In this document: positions 17,358-27,031 of the stretch, piece after piece | Position numbering within the stretch: position 1 is the stretch's first letter | How the letters are laid out: each line of letters opens with the position of its first letter | NCBI GenBank assembly: GCA_947384955.1 | Contig: CANDJC010000005.1 | Location: 2,268 to 66,267 of the forward strand | DNA length: 64,000 bases | From: an uncultured Eubacterium sp. | Lineage (GTDB): Bacteria > Bacillota > Clostridia > Lachnospirales > Lachnospiraceae | Reading direction: 5' to 3' | Notes under the pieces: generated by a model | Database searches by the model: none | Told to the model about the DNA's origin: nothing | What the model saw: the letters and a program-made list of their open reading frames with translations, nothing else | Translations under genes and position numbers: made by a program

Positions 17358-19853
17358 GTGGATATATGTACAAAGCTGATTTCCATGGAGCAGGAGGGAG
17401 GAATCTTTCTTGCTCACACGGACAGCGCAGATTTGAAAATCTGTTTTCTGACGGATGAGATAGTCCGCATCCGGGCATCGTTTGATAAAGAGCTGGCGGA
17501 GGAGTCTTACGTGCTGATGACGACTGCATGGGAAGACCGGCTGGACGGCCTGTTTGAGGGAGAACGTACCAGAGTGCAGCCGGTGATGCCAAAGCAGCGG
17601 GAGGATGAGAAAAAAATCACCCTGTCTGTACGGGGGCTGCGGCTGATAATCGAAAAAGACCCGCTGTGCATCCGTCTTCTGGATAAGGACGAAGACGAGC
17701 TGTATGCCAGCGTGCCAGGGTGTCCGTTTGTCAAAGACAGCAATGGGCGTGTTATCTCTTATACCTGCATGAAGGAAGAAGACTGCTTTTACGGTTTTGG
17801 AGAAAAGACGGGGGAACTGAATAAAAATAAAACATTTCTCAGGGAGCGTGCTACGGATGCACTCGGATATGACGCTGCGAAAATGGACACGCTGTATAAG
17901 CACATTCCATTTTATATCCGTCTCGACCGTGATACGAAAAAGGCGGTGGGTGTCTTTTACCACAACTTTTATGAATCTGTCTTTAATATGGGATGCGAGA
18001 AGAGCAATTACTGGCCGCGCTATACATACTGGCAGGCGGACGGCGGCGATGCCGACCTGTTTTTACTGGGAGGCGGGACGATTCCGGCAATTGTCGACCA
18101 TTATACGCTGCTGACCGGGCGTCCGGCGCTGCTGCCGAAACGTGCGCTTGGCTATCAGGGTTCGTCTATGTATTATCCGGAGCTGGAAAAGGACAGCGAC
18201 GACGCGGTGCTGGATTTTATTGACACGGTGAAGGAAGAAGGATTCCCGATTGACGGATTTCATCTGTCTTCCGGGTATACCAGCTATGAAAATAAGCGCT
18301 GTGTCTTTACCTGGAATACAGAGCGTTTTAAATCTCCGAGGGATTATTTTGCGGCAATGAATGAAAAAGGCGCTCAGAATGTGCCGAACGTGAAGCCGGG
18401 CATTCTGCTCAGTCATCCGTGGTTCGGGGAATTTTTGGAAAAGGATGTATTTGTAAAAGACAGTAAAAACCCGGATGCTTACGGCATCGGCAAATGGTGG
18501 GGAGGCGACGGGGCCTTCTGGGATTACACGAAACCGCAGGCACGCAGCGCATGGAAAGCTTATCTGACAGAGCATGTCATTGATGTGGGCACAGATTCTG
18601 TCTGGAATGATAACTGTGAATATGACAGCCTGATGGATAAGGACTGCCGCTGTGATTTTGACGGCAAAGGGGGTACTATCGGACAGCTGAAGCCTGTGAT
18701 GAGTGCGCTGATGTGCAAGCTGAGCAATGACGCGGTGCGGGAGCATAATCCGGATGCCCGTCCATACTCGGTGTGCAGGAGCGGATGCTCCGGCATCCAG
18801 CGGTATGCGCAGACGTGGTGCGGGGATAACTGTACGAGCTGGAACAGCCTGAAATATAACATTCCGATTATTACGGGCATGGGGCTTTCCGGGCAGCCGA
18901 ATGAAGGCGCGGACATCGGCGGATTTGCGGGGCCGGCCCCGGAGGAGGAGCTGTTTGTACGCTGGGTACAGCAGGGCATCTTCCAGGCGAGGTTTTCTAT
19001 TCATTCGGCAAGCAATGACAATACGGTCACGGAACCATGGATGTTTCGAAATTCCGCTGAGCTGATACGCCGTGCCGTACTGTTTCGCTACCGGCTGCTG
19101 CCGTACCTGTATTCCGCAGAATACGAAGCGTCTAAAAACGGCGCGCCGATTATGCGTGCACTTGTGTACGATTTCCAGAACGACCCGAAGGTATATGATG
19201 AGAGCTTTACGTATCTGTATGGCCGTGACCTTCTTGTCGCAAATGTCATAGAAAAAGGCGCGCAGACAAAAGAAGTATACCTTCCGGCAGGATGCAGGTG
19301 GTATGACTGGAATGACAATTTCAAATGCTATGAAGGAGGCCAGACGATTCAGGTTCCGGTGACGCTGGAAACCATTCCGATGTTTATACGGGAAGGCGCG
19401 GTTATTCCAATGGCTGACAACCAGCCGATGAGCATGGAGCGTGATTCGGTTACAGCGCTGCATCTGCTGCTGGCGCCGGGCATAGAACGCAGCTATACGA
19501 TGTATGACGATGACGGTGTCAGCAACGGTTACCAAAACGGTGTGTACCGCAGAACCGAAATCCATATGGAAGGAACGGATGTCGTAAAGGTTGCTTTTAA
19601 GTCAGAAGGAAGCTACGAAGATTCTGTAAAAACGGTTCTGGCAGAAATCATCCGTAAAGACCGCAGCCCGTTCTGGGTAACGCTTGCGGACAGGAAGCTG
19701 GAACATTTCCTGAACCGGAGAAAATTCGAAGCAGCTGAAAGCGGCTGGTACTACAGCCAGACGAAACGGGCTGTTCTGGTAAAATATCCGAATCCGGGGC
19801 GGGATGTGACGCTGACAGTATCATTTGAAGATTTTGACCTGATTGGGATGTAA
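17358..19853 (+). CDS. Glycoside hydrolase family 31 (Aec37-like), paralog 1
   Basis: YGFGEK, YKHIPF, nucleophile WNDNCE, acid/base WCGDN, GADIGGF; GTG start after AGGAGG. Confidence 0.9.
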   Translation: MDICTKLISMEQEGGIFLAHTDSADLKICFLTDEIVRIRASFDKELAEESYVLMTTAWEDRLDGLFEGERTRVQPVMPKQREDEKKITLSVRGLRLIIEKDPLCIRLLDKDEDELYASVPGCPFVKDSNGRVISYTCMKEEDCFYGFGEKTGELNKNKTFLRERATDALGYDAAKMDTLYKHIPFYIRLDRDTKKAVGVFYHNFYESVFNMGCEKSNYWPRYTYWQADGGDADLFLLGGGTIPAIVDHYTLLTGRPALLPKRALGYQGSSMYYPELEKDSDDAVLDFIDTVKEEGFPIDGFHLSSGYTSYENKRCVFTWNTERFKSPRDYFAAMNEKGAQNVPNVKPGILLSHPWFGEFLEKDVFVKDSKNPDAYGIGKWWGGDGAFWDYTKPQARSAWKAYLTEHVIDVGTDSVWNDNCEYDSLMDKDCRCDFDGKGGTIGQLKPVMSALMCKLSNDAVREHNPDARPYSVCRSGCSGIQRYAQTWCGDNCTSWNSLKYNIPIITGMGLSGQPNEGADIGGFAGPAPEEELFVRWVQQGIFQARFSIHSASNDNTVTEPWMFRNSAELIRRAVLFRYRLLPYLYSAEYEASKNGAPIMRALVYDFQNDPKVYDESFTYLYGRDLLVANVIEKGAQTKEVYLPAGCRWYDWNDNFKCYEGGQTIQVPVTLETIPMFIREGAVIPMADNQPMSMERDSVTALHLLLAPGIERSYTMYDDDGVSNGYQNGVYRRTEIHMEGTDVVKVAFKSEGSYEDSVKTVLAEIIRKDRSPFWVTLADRKLEHFLNRRKFEAAESGWYYSQTKRAVLVKYPNPGRDVTLTVSFEDFDLIGM

Positions 19854-19864
19854 GGAGGGATGGC

Positions 19865-22375
19865 ATGTTACTGAGAGAATTCTGTTCCATGCAGAAAACA
19901 GATAATGGATATCTGATTCACGGGGACGCAGCAGATGTCATGCTTGTATTCCTGTCAGATGATGTTATCCGCATCCGCGTTTCCTTTGACCGGAAATTTG
20001 AAGAAGCGTCGTACACGCTGGTCACTACGGCATGGGAAGACCGGATGGACGAGCTGCTCAGGGATGAGCGCAGGCGTATCGAGCCTGTGAAAGCGGAGTG
20101 CCGCGAGACAAATGAGGAAGTTATTTTCCGCACACGGACGCTGAGCTTAACGTTATGCAAAAAGCCATTTTCATTTACGATGTCTGACGCGGACGGGCAG
20201 ACTGTGTACCAGGACCTGCACGAGCGGGCCTTTGAAAAAGACCACTTAGGAAGGCTCAGCCATTATTCCAGGATTGACCGGGAAAACGACCATTTTTACG
20301 GATTTGGGGAAAAGACGGGGCATCTGGATAAAAAAGGAAGACGCCTTCGCATGAGTCCGAAGGATGCAATCGGGCATGACCCGCAGACCGGAGACCCGAT
20401 GTATAAGCATATCCCGTTTTATATCAGGATAAATGAGAACCAGCGCCATGCAGTCGGGCTGTTTTACCACAATTCTTATGACAGCGTGTTTGACATGGGC
20501 CAGGAGCTTTCCGGCTATTGGGAGAGATACTGCTATTACCAGGCAGACGGCGGCGACATTGATTTATTCCTGCTCAATGGCCCGCGCATGGCTGATGTAC
20601 TGGAGCGCTATACCTGGCTGACCGGGCGCAGTGCGCTGCCGACGAAGCAGTCGCTCGGATACTGTGCTTCCACCATGTATTATGCGGAGCTGGAAGAAAA
20701 CTGCGACCAGGAAATTTACCGGGTGATTGACAAGCACGAAAAGGAAGATATTCTGATTGACAATTTCTGGCTGGCATCCGGTTATACAAGCGGCGAGGAG
20801 GATAACCTGCGCTATGTATTTAACTGGAATAAAAAACGGTTTCCAGACCCGGAAGGATTTTTCAAGGAAATGCACGCGCGGGGAATCAACGTCATTCCGA
20901 ACCTGAAGCCGGGCATTTTAAAACGGCATCCTTACAGGCAGCTGTTCGAAGAACGGGACGTATTTATCAAGACACCGGACGGAAAAGAAGATTATTACGG
21001 GCGCTGGTGGGGCGGCAGCGGACGGTTTTTCGACTTTACCGGAGAAGCCGGGCGCAGTACATGGAAACAGCTTTTAATCGAAAATGTCCTGAATATGGGT
21101 GCAAGGACAGTCTGGAATGATAACTGTGAAATGGACGGCGTGGAAGACCGGGAAGCGCAGTGTGACTTTGAGGGACAGAAAGGGACGATGGCGGAGCTGA
21201 AAATTCTCCATTCAAACCTGATGGCGTATGTGGGAAAACAGGCGCTGGCGGAAGTATATCCGGGCGAGCGGCCGTATATTATCAACCGGGCGGGCTTTGC
21301 AGGCATCCAGCGGTATGCGCAGGTCTGGGGTGGGGATAATCTGACAGACTGGCGCACGGTGAAGTTTAATATTGCCACGATTCTCGGCATGGGCCTGTCC
21401 GGGTGTGCCAACATGGGCTGCGATATCGGCGGTTTTGCCGGGCCGGCGCCGGAAGGAGAGCTTATGCTGCGCTGGATTCAAAACGGGATATTCCAGCCAA
21501 GGTTCTGCATGAATTCAGCGAATAATGACAATACGGTAACCCAGCCGTGGATGTATGAAGAATACGGGGACTATGTGCGCGCAGCGTTTGCGCAGCGTTA
21601 CCGGATGCTGCCATACCTGTACAGCCTGATGTATGAGGCAAACCAGAACGGAATGCCGGCATGGCGGCCGCTGTTTCTGGAATTCCCGGACGACCCGCAG
21701 TGCTATCGCGACGAAAACCTGACGTTTCTGTTTGGAAAGAGCATCCTTGTCGCGAGCGTAGTCGAAAAAGGCGCAGTATCCAGAACGGTATATCTTCCGG
21801 CAGGCTGCAGCTGGTATGATATGAATGACAGCCTGCGCGAATATCAGGGAGGCCAGACCATTGAGATTCCGGTAAGTCTGGATTCCATACCGATGTTTTT
21901 ACGCGGCTCGGGCATTTATGTGACAAGCGAGGATGTGAAGCACATTCTGCGCGACCAGGTAAAACAGCTGGATTTCCTGATTGCTGCACAGGGAGATTCG
22001 GAATTTGTCCTGTATGATGATGACGGGCATTCCGAGGAGTATCAAAAAGGAGTCTTTGCGCGGACGCATATCCGGGTGGAAAGCGGAGAACGCACGACAG
22101 TCACATTCCGCACCGAAGGCACTTATCCGCAGACTGTGGAGCGCCTGACGCTGCGCTTTGTAAGCAAAGAAAAGGGTGCGTGCTGGGTCAGCGTGGACGG
22201 AAAGCGCATTCCAAGGTTCCTTGTGCGCGAAGGATGGGAAGAAGCGGACGCCGGATGGTATTATAACCTGTCAGACCGTACTGTCTGGGTAAAATGCCCG
22301 AAGCCGGATGCGGCAGAATTCCAGATTGTCGTATCGGCGGAGAAATTTGACCTGATTGGAATGGCAGAGGACTGA
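19865..22375 (+). CDS. Glycoside hydrolase family 31 (Aec37-like), paralog 2
   Basis: Same architecture: YGFGEK, WNDNCE, WGGDN, GCDIGGF; collinear with paralog 1. Confidence 0.9.
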   Translation: MLLREFCSMQKTDNGYLIHGDAADVMLVFLSDDVIRIRVSFDRKFEEASYTLVTTAWEDRMDELLRDERRRIEPVKAECRETNEEVIFRTRTLSLTLCKKPFSFTMSDADGQTVYQDLHERAFEKDHLGRLSHYSRIDRENDHFYGFGEKTGHLDKKGRRLRMSPKDAIGHDPQTGDPMYKHIPFYIRINENQRHAVGLFYHNSYDSVFDMGQELSGYWERYCYYQADGGDIDLFLLNGPRMADVLERYTWLTGRSALPTKQSLGYCASTMYYAELEENCDQEIYRVIDKHEKEDILIDNFWLASGYTSGEEDNLRYVFNWNKKRFPDPEGFFKEMHARGINVIPNLKPGILKRHPYRQLFEERDVFIKTPDGKEDYYGRWWGGSGRFFDFTGEAGRSTWKQLLIENVLNMGARTVWNDNCEMDGVEDREAQCDFEGQKGTMAELKILHSNLMAYVGKQALAEVYPGERPYIINRAGFAGIQRYAQVWGGDNLTDWRTVKFNIATILGMGLSGCANMGCDIGGFAGPAPEGELMLRWIQNGIFQPRFCMNSANNDNTVTQPWMYEEYGDYVRAAFAQRYRMLPYLYSLMYEANQNGMPAWRPLFLEFPDDPQCYRDENLTFLFGKSILVASVVEKGAVSRTVYLPAGCSWYDMNDSLREYQGGQTIEIPVSLDSIPMFLRGSGIYVTSEDVKHILRDQVKQLDFLIAAQGDSEFVLYDDDGHSEEYQKGVFARTHIRVESGERTTVTFRTEGTYPQTVERLTLRFVSKEKGACWVSVDGKRIPRFLVREGWEEADAGWYYNLSDRTVWVKCPKPDAAEFQIVVSAEKFDLIGMAED

Positions 22376-22381
22376 AAACAG

Positions 22382-22423
22382 AGCCGGGCATGCACTGAAA
22401 CAGAGTGTGTGCCTGGCTTTTTC
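22382..22423 (+). terminator. Terminator of the esterase/TRAP/GH31 operon
   Basis: AGCCGGGCATGCACT-loop-AGTGTGTGCCTGGCT + TTTT. Confidence 0.75.
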
Positions 22424-22516
22424 TGATTTGCCTGTTAATATCTGGAATATCTAGCAATTCTGTGTTATTCTATGATAAAATAAACGTAAATCACATAGAA
22501 TGGAGAGATGTCTATC

Positions 22517-23785
22517 ATGAAGGCAAAAAACAAGAAATTCACAAACCGCGTTCTTTCCCTGGCCTGTGCAGTCGTCATGCTGTGCACATCCATACTGCAA
22601 ATCCTGCAGGGAGCGGTTCCTGTGCATGCGGCAGGTTCTGGCGGGATTAAAGGAAACCACCTGCCAGCGGGCTATGTAACAGAAGAACAGATGAAGCTGG
22701 CAAATCCATGGTCAGAAGTCAACGAAGGCCCGCTATACAATGTCATGCGCAAAGCGCAGAGCGGGCAGCGGGTAAACATCGCTTTTATCGGAGGCTCCAT
22801 TACGAAAGGCACGATTTCCAAAGGAACCAGAGACGGAAGCATGAATAAGAAGCTGCCTTATGCAGAGTATGTCATTGACTGGTGGTATAAGAAATTTCCA
22901 AAGGCTGATTTGTATTTTATCAATGCGGGCATCAGTGCCACGGATTCTTATTTAGGGGTGCACCGCGTACAGAAGGATGTGCTGGATAAAAAACCGGACC
23001 TGGTTTTTGTGGAATTTGCGGTGAATGATAAGAAGACAGCGCATTATAAGCAGTCATATGAAAACCTAATCCGCAAAATCCTGGCTGCGGATTCCAAGCC
23101 GGCTGTCATGCTGCTGTTTATGGCGAAGTTAAACGGCTGGAGCTGCCAGGCTCAGCAGGCGCAGATCGGACAGCATTATAAACTGCCGATGCTCAGTTAC
23201 GGAAATGTTATGAAGGACCTGATAAGCAAGGACATTTATACCATGGAGGAGCTGTCCGGGGATGCGATTCACCCGTCTGCACTGGGAAGCGCTGTGGCAG
23301 GAGAGATTATTGTAAGATACTTAGACGAGATAGAGGATAAGACTCTGGGGGAGGTTTCTTATAAGAAATCGCCTTCAAAGTACGTTACATCAAAAAAGTA
23401 TAACAGCGCGAAGGTGCTCTCCTGTAAAAATATTTCGATACAGAGGATGGGCACATTTGAAGCGACAAATAAAAGCAGCACTTTTAAAAATAATCTGACA
23501 AGCAGCAGCGGAGACGGGAACTTATCGTTTACGGTGACTGCAAAGAATATCGGGATTCTGTTTGCGCAGCAGATTAACGGCAGGGGCGGACAGTTTGATG
23601 TCTATGTAGATGGAAAAAAAACGGCTGTGATTGACGCAGATAATACTGGGGGACGGCATAATAAACCGGGTGCGGTCCCCTGTTATTCGTCCAGTAAAAA
23701 GGGGGCTCATACGGTGCGTATTGTGCGCAGTGGGAAATCGAAAGGGCATGCGCTTACGATTTATGCGGTGCTTGTATCGAATTAA
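22517..23785 (+). CDS. Secreted SGNH/GDSL hydrolase (carbohydrate esterase-like) with C-terminal beta domain
   Basis: Signal peptide; block I FIGGSIT, block II NAGISAT, block III VEFAVND, block V DAIHP. Confidence 0.85.
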   Translation: MKAKNKKFTNRVLSLACAVVMLCTSILQILQGAVPVHAAGSGGIKGNHLPAGYVTEEQMKLANPWSEVNEGPLYNVMRKAQSGQRVNIAFIGGSITKGTISKGTRDGSMNKKLPYAEYVIDWWYKKFPKADLYFINAGISATDSYLGVHRVQKDVLDKKPDLVFVEFAVNDKKTAHYKQSYENLIRKILAADSKPAVMLLFMAKLNGWSCQAQQAQIGQHYKLPMLSYGNVMKDLISKDIYTMEELSGDAIHPSALGSAVAGEIIVRYLDEIEDKTLGEVSYKKSPSKYVTSKKYNSAKVLSCKNISIQRMGTFEATNKSSTFKNNLTSSSGDGNLSFTVTAKNIGILFAQQINGRGGQFDVYVDGKKTAVIDADNTGGRHNKPGAVPCYSSSKKGAHTVRIVRSGKSKGHALTIYAVLVSN

Positions 23786-23899
23786 AGGTGGCGGTCTGGG
23801 GAGGGGTGCGGGCGTCCGTGCAGCCACAATTCCCCCTTTTTTTTATACCTTACCGATTACAATTCCCCCGATTCCGCGCAGAATGCCGCAAGCCAATCA

Positions 23900-23928
23900 T
23901 TGAATTGTAAAGCAAAATATGATAAAAT
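23900..23928 (+). promoter_or_regulatory. Sigma-A promoter of the c-di-GMP gene
   Basis: TTGAAT-17 nt-TAAAAT with an extended -10 TG. Confidence 0.65.
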
Positions 23929-23973
23929 GCCAGTATCTGTACAATGAATCATGTAAAAACAAGAGGTTTCAAT

Positions 23974-26900
23974 ATGGTAAAAAGTACAATTCTTATTGCG
24001 GACAGTCAGGAAAAGAACCGCCGGCTTTATAAAAGCATACTGAAGGGCGAGTATGAATTGTTAGAAGCTGATAACGAACAGAAAGCATTAGAGCTGATGC
24101 ACTGGTATGAGCGCCAGCTTGCGGCGGTGATACTGGATTTTACAGATACGGTTCATATGGATGGATATGATGTTTTGAGGCAGTGGCAGGAGGATGATGT
24201 AATCAGCAGAATTCCGGTAATTGCTGTCAGCAGAGCGGAGGATGAGCAGGCGGAAGCCGCTTGTTTTCAAAAAGGTGCATGGGATGTCATACGCATGCCG
24301 TTTGAGCCGGAAGCGCTGCGTGCGCGGGTCAGAAATGTAACCGGGCGCAGTGAGCTGCAGACGCTGGAACATATTCAGTATATTCATAAATATGATGAAC
24401 TGACAGGAATTTATAATAAAAACAGGTTTCTGCACCGGACAGAGGAAGTATTGTGCCGTTGTTTTAATGAACGGTTTGCGTTTGTCCATATGGATATTTA
24501 TCAGTTTCATTTAGTAAATCAGTTTTACGGAATCAGTGAGGCGAACCGGTTATTGCAGTATATTGCGGCTCTGATTGTGGATATGGCGGGCGGGTCTGAC
24601 AGATTTACTTACGGAAGATACCGCGCTGACGTTTTTTGTTTCTGTATGCCGTTTGAAAATGAAGCAGCTGTAATAAAAATGATGGAAAAGCTGCGGGAGG
24701 ATATTAACCAGTTCCATATCGAGCATGATTTAGTGCCGGTGTTTGGAATTTATATTATTGATGACCACAGGGAAAATATTATTACAATCAGTGACCGGGC
24801 GAATCTGGCAGCGAAAAAGTGCAAGGGCAGCTATATCAAAAATTATTCCTTTTATAATGCCTCTATGAGTGAACAGCTGGTAAAAGAGCAGAAAATTATT
24901 AATACGATGAAAAAGGCGCTTGCAAAAGAACAGTTTGTATTATATATCCAGCCGAAGTATGACCTGCATACAAACAGGATTAACGGCGGCGAGGTACTGG
25001 TGCGGTGGCTGCTGCCGGATAAGGGGATGGTGCCGCCTGGGGAATTTATACCGGTTTTTGAGCGCAATGGATTTATTGCAAAGCTGGATTATTATGTCTG
25101 GGAGCATGCCTGCAAGATAATACGGGCATGGCTGGACCAGGGCAGAAAGCCGTTTCCGGTATCCGTCAATATTTCCAGAGTCAGCCTGTATAATCCGCAG
25201 CTGTCAGAAGTTATTTATAATCTGGTCACACAGTACGGAATTGAGCCGCGGCTGATGCAGTTAGAGCTGACAGAAAGCGCTTATGCAAGCAATCCGGATG
25301 TTATCAGAAATACAATGGCCCGCCTTCAGGAATATGGATTCTGCATTTTAATGGATGATTTTGGAAGCGGGTATTCGTCATTGAATACATTAAAAGATAT
25401 TGCCGTCGATATTTTAAAATTAGATATGGATTTTTTTAAAGATTCCGATAAGCCGGGGCGCGGGGAGAATATTCTCGCTTCGGTCGTGCGCATGGCAAAA
25501 TGGCTGGAAATACCTGTGATTGCGGAGGGTGTGGAAAAAGAATCCCAGGCGGTATTCCTTCGAAGCATCGGATGCGAGTATGTTCAGGGATATTATTTTG
25601 CAAAACCGATGCCTGTGGAAGAATATGAGCATCTGGCCTTTGAAAACACGCATCTTCAGAAAGAAAGAAACGGCGGCGCCAGTCATGACGCGGATAAGCT
25701 GTGGGATGCATCGTCGCAGATGGAGCTTTTGTTCAGCAATATGCTGCAGGCGGTAGCGATTTTTGAATATACGCCGGATACAGGAGCCATTGACACCATT
25801 CGGGTGAATAATTCTTATTATGATTTATTTGGATATACAGATTTGAACCGTACAGGAAACAGTATGCCGGGAAAAATCGATGCGGGATACCGGGAAGGCG
25901 TTGCCGCAGCATTTGAAAAGGTGTCCGTTTCGAAAAATGTAGCGCGGTGCGAATTCTGCTGCAGGGGCAGAACGGACAGTAAACAGTGGATTGAGATGAA
26001 GCTGAAATACATGCGTGAGATTGGCGGCAGAAGTGTGATATTTGCTACGCTGATAGATATCACGGACCAGAAAGAGATTGAGAAGGAGCTTTATAAATAC
26101 CGGAAAGTCATCCTTTCATCTGAGAGTAAGGTAGAAACGATACTGATTGTAGATGATATCGAGATGAGCCGGAAGATGCTGCGGAATATGTTTGAAAGCG
26201 AGTATAATATACTGGAAGCATCAAACGGGGCGCAGGCGCTGGAGATTGTGAAAAAGAACAGCCGCCATATCGACCTGATTCTTCTGGATGTGATTATGCC
26301 GGTTATGGATGGAAGAGGGTTTTTAAAGCATAAACAGAACGACGCGTCTATCTCGCAGATTCCGGTTGTGATTATTACATCGGAAGATTCGCCGCAGCAG
26401 CAGATTCATGCATTGTCTATGGGGGCAAATGACTATGTAGTCAAACCGTTTATACCGGAAGTCGTAATCCGCAGGGTCTGCAATGTTTTGGAATCGCAGA
26501 AAAAAGCGAGCAGACTGCTGTTAAAAGCGGGAAGCTCCGCAAAGGAACAGAGCCGTTATCTGGCGGGACTTTATAACAGGAACGAATCCGGGCAGATTCA
26601 GGCCATGCAGAAAGCGGCCGGCCTTCAGGCGCTGCTTCTTGTATATATTCATAATTTAAAACAGTTATATGAAAATGCAGAATGCAGGACGGCAGACATG
26701 GCTGTACTGAAATTTGCCGGGCGGATACGCAGCTGTTTTCGAAAAAGTGATATACTGGCACGGTATCAGAGAAATGAATTTATTATCTTTCTCGTAGACG
26801 TGCCGTCACAGGAAACGATTCAGGAAAAGTGCGATGAACTGGTACGCGCCGGACGCGAGCTGGCTACAGCGGAAAACAGGCTGAAATATTCTGTCGGAGC

Positions 26901-27024
26901 AGTGGTGGCAGACAGGAAGGCGGAACATAATTCTTTTATGGAACTTCTGGGTTATGCAGATGAAGCGCTGGAACGGGCAAAACGTATGGGCGGGAATCAA
27001 TGGTATCTTTATGAAAGGAAATGA
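23974..27024 (+). CDS. REC-GGDEF(degenerate)-EAL-PAS-like-REC-GGDEF(degenerate); probable c-di-GMP phosphodiesterase
   Basis: EAL motifs EVLVRW, ELTES, DDFGSGYSSL, EGVE intact; GGDEF positions read RADVF and QRNEF; two receiver domains (ILIAD...VILD; ILIVDD...ILLD). Confidence 0.88.
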   Translation: MVKSTILIADSQEKNRRLYKSILKGEYELLEADNEQKALELMHWYERQLAAVILDFTDTVHMDGYDVLRQWQEDDVISRIPVIAVSRAEDEQAEAACFQKGAWDVIRMPFEPEALRARVRNVTGRSELQTLEHIQYIHKYDELTGIYNKNRFLHRTEEVLCRCFNERFAFVHMDIYQFHLVNQFYGISEANRLLQYIAALIVDMAGGSDRFTYGRYRADVFCFCMPFENEAAVIKMMEKLREDINQFHIEHDLVPVFGIYIIDDHRENIITISDRANLAAKKCKGSYIKNYSFYNASMSEQLVKEQKIINTMKKALAKEQFVLYIQPKYDLHTNRINGGEVLVRWLLPDKGMVPPGEFIPVFERNGFIAKLDYYVWEHACKIIRAWLDQGRKPFPVSVNISRVSLYNPQLSEVIYNLVTQYGIEPRLMQLELTESAYASNPDVIRNTMARLQEYGFCILMDDFGSGYSSLNTLKDIAVDILKLDMDFFKDSDKPGRGENILASVVRMAKWLEIPVIAEGVEKESQAVFLRSIGCEYVQGYYFAKPMPVEEYEHLAFENTHLQKERNGGASHDADKLWDASSQMELLFSNMLQAVAIFEYTPDTGAIDTIRVNNSYYDLFGYTDLNRTGNSMPGKIDAGYREGVAAAFEKVSVSKNVARCEFCCRGRTDSKQWIEMKLKYMREIGGRSVIFATLIDITDQKEIEKELYKYRKVILSSESKVETILIVDDIEMSRKMLRNMFESEYNILEASNGAQALEIVKKNSRHIDLILLDVIMPVMDGRGFLKHKQNDASISQIPVVIITSEDSPQQQIHALSMGANDYVVKPFIPEVVIRRVCNVLESQKKASRLLLKAGSSAKEQSRYLAGLYNRNESGQIQAMQKAAGLQALLLVYIHNLKQLYENAECRTADMAVLKFAGRIRSCFRKSDILARYQRNEFIIFLVDVPSQETIQEKCDELVRAGRELATAENRLKYSVGAVVADRKAEHNSFMELLGYADEALERAKRMGGNQWYLYERK

Positions 27025-27031
27025 ATAAATT

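Noticed and set aside
18063-19565. 500-aa minus-strand ORF
   Set aside because: Antisense shadow of the GC-rich GH31 gene; no motifs and R/H/Q-biased composition typical of reverse frames.
17358-22375. GH31 pair as sulfoquinovosidases
   Set aside because: The nucleophile context is WNDNCE rather than the YihQ-type WMADFGE, and no sulfoglycolysis genes are adjacent.
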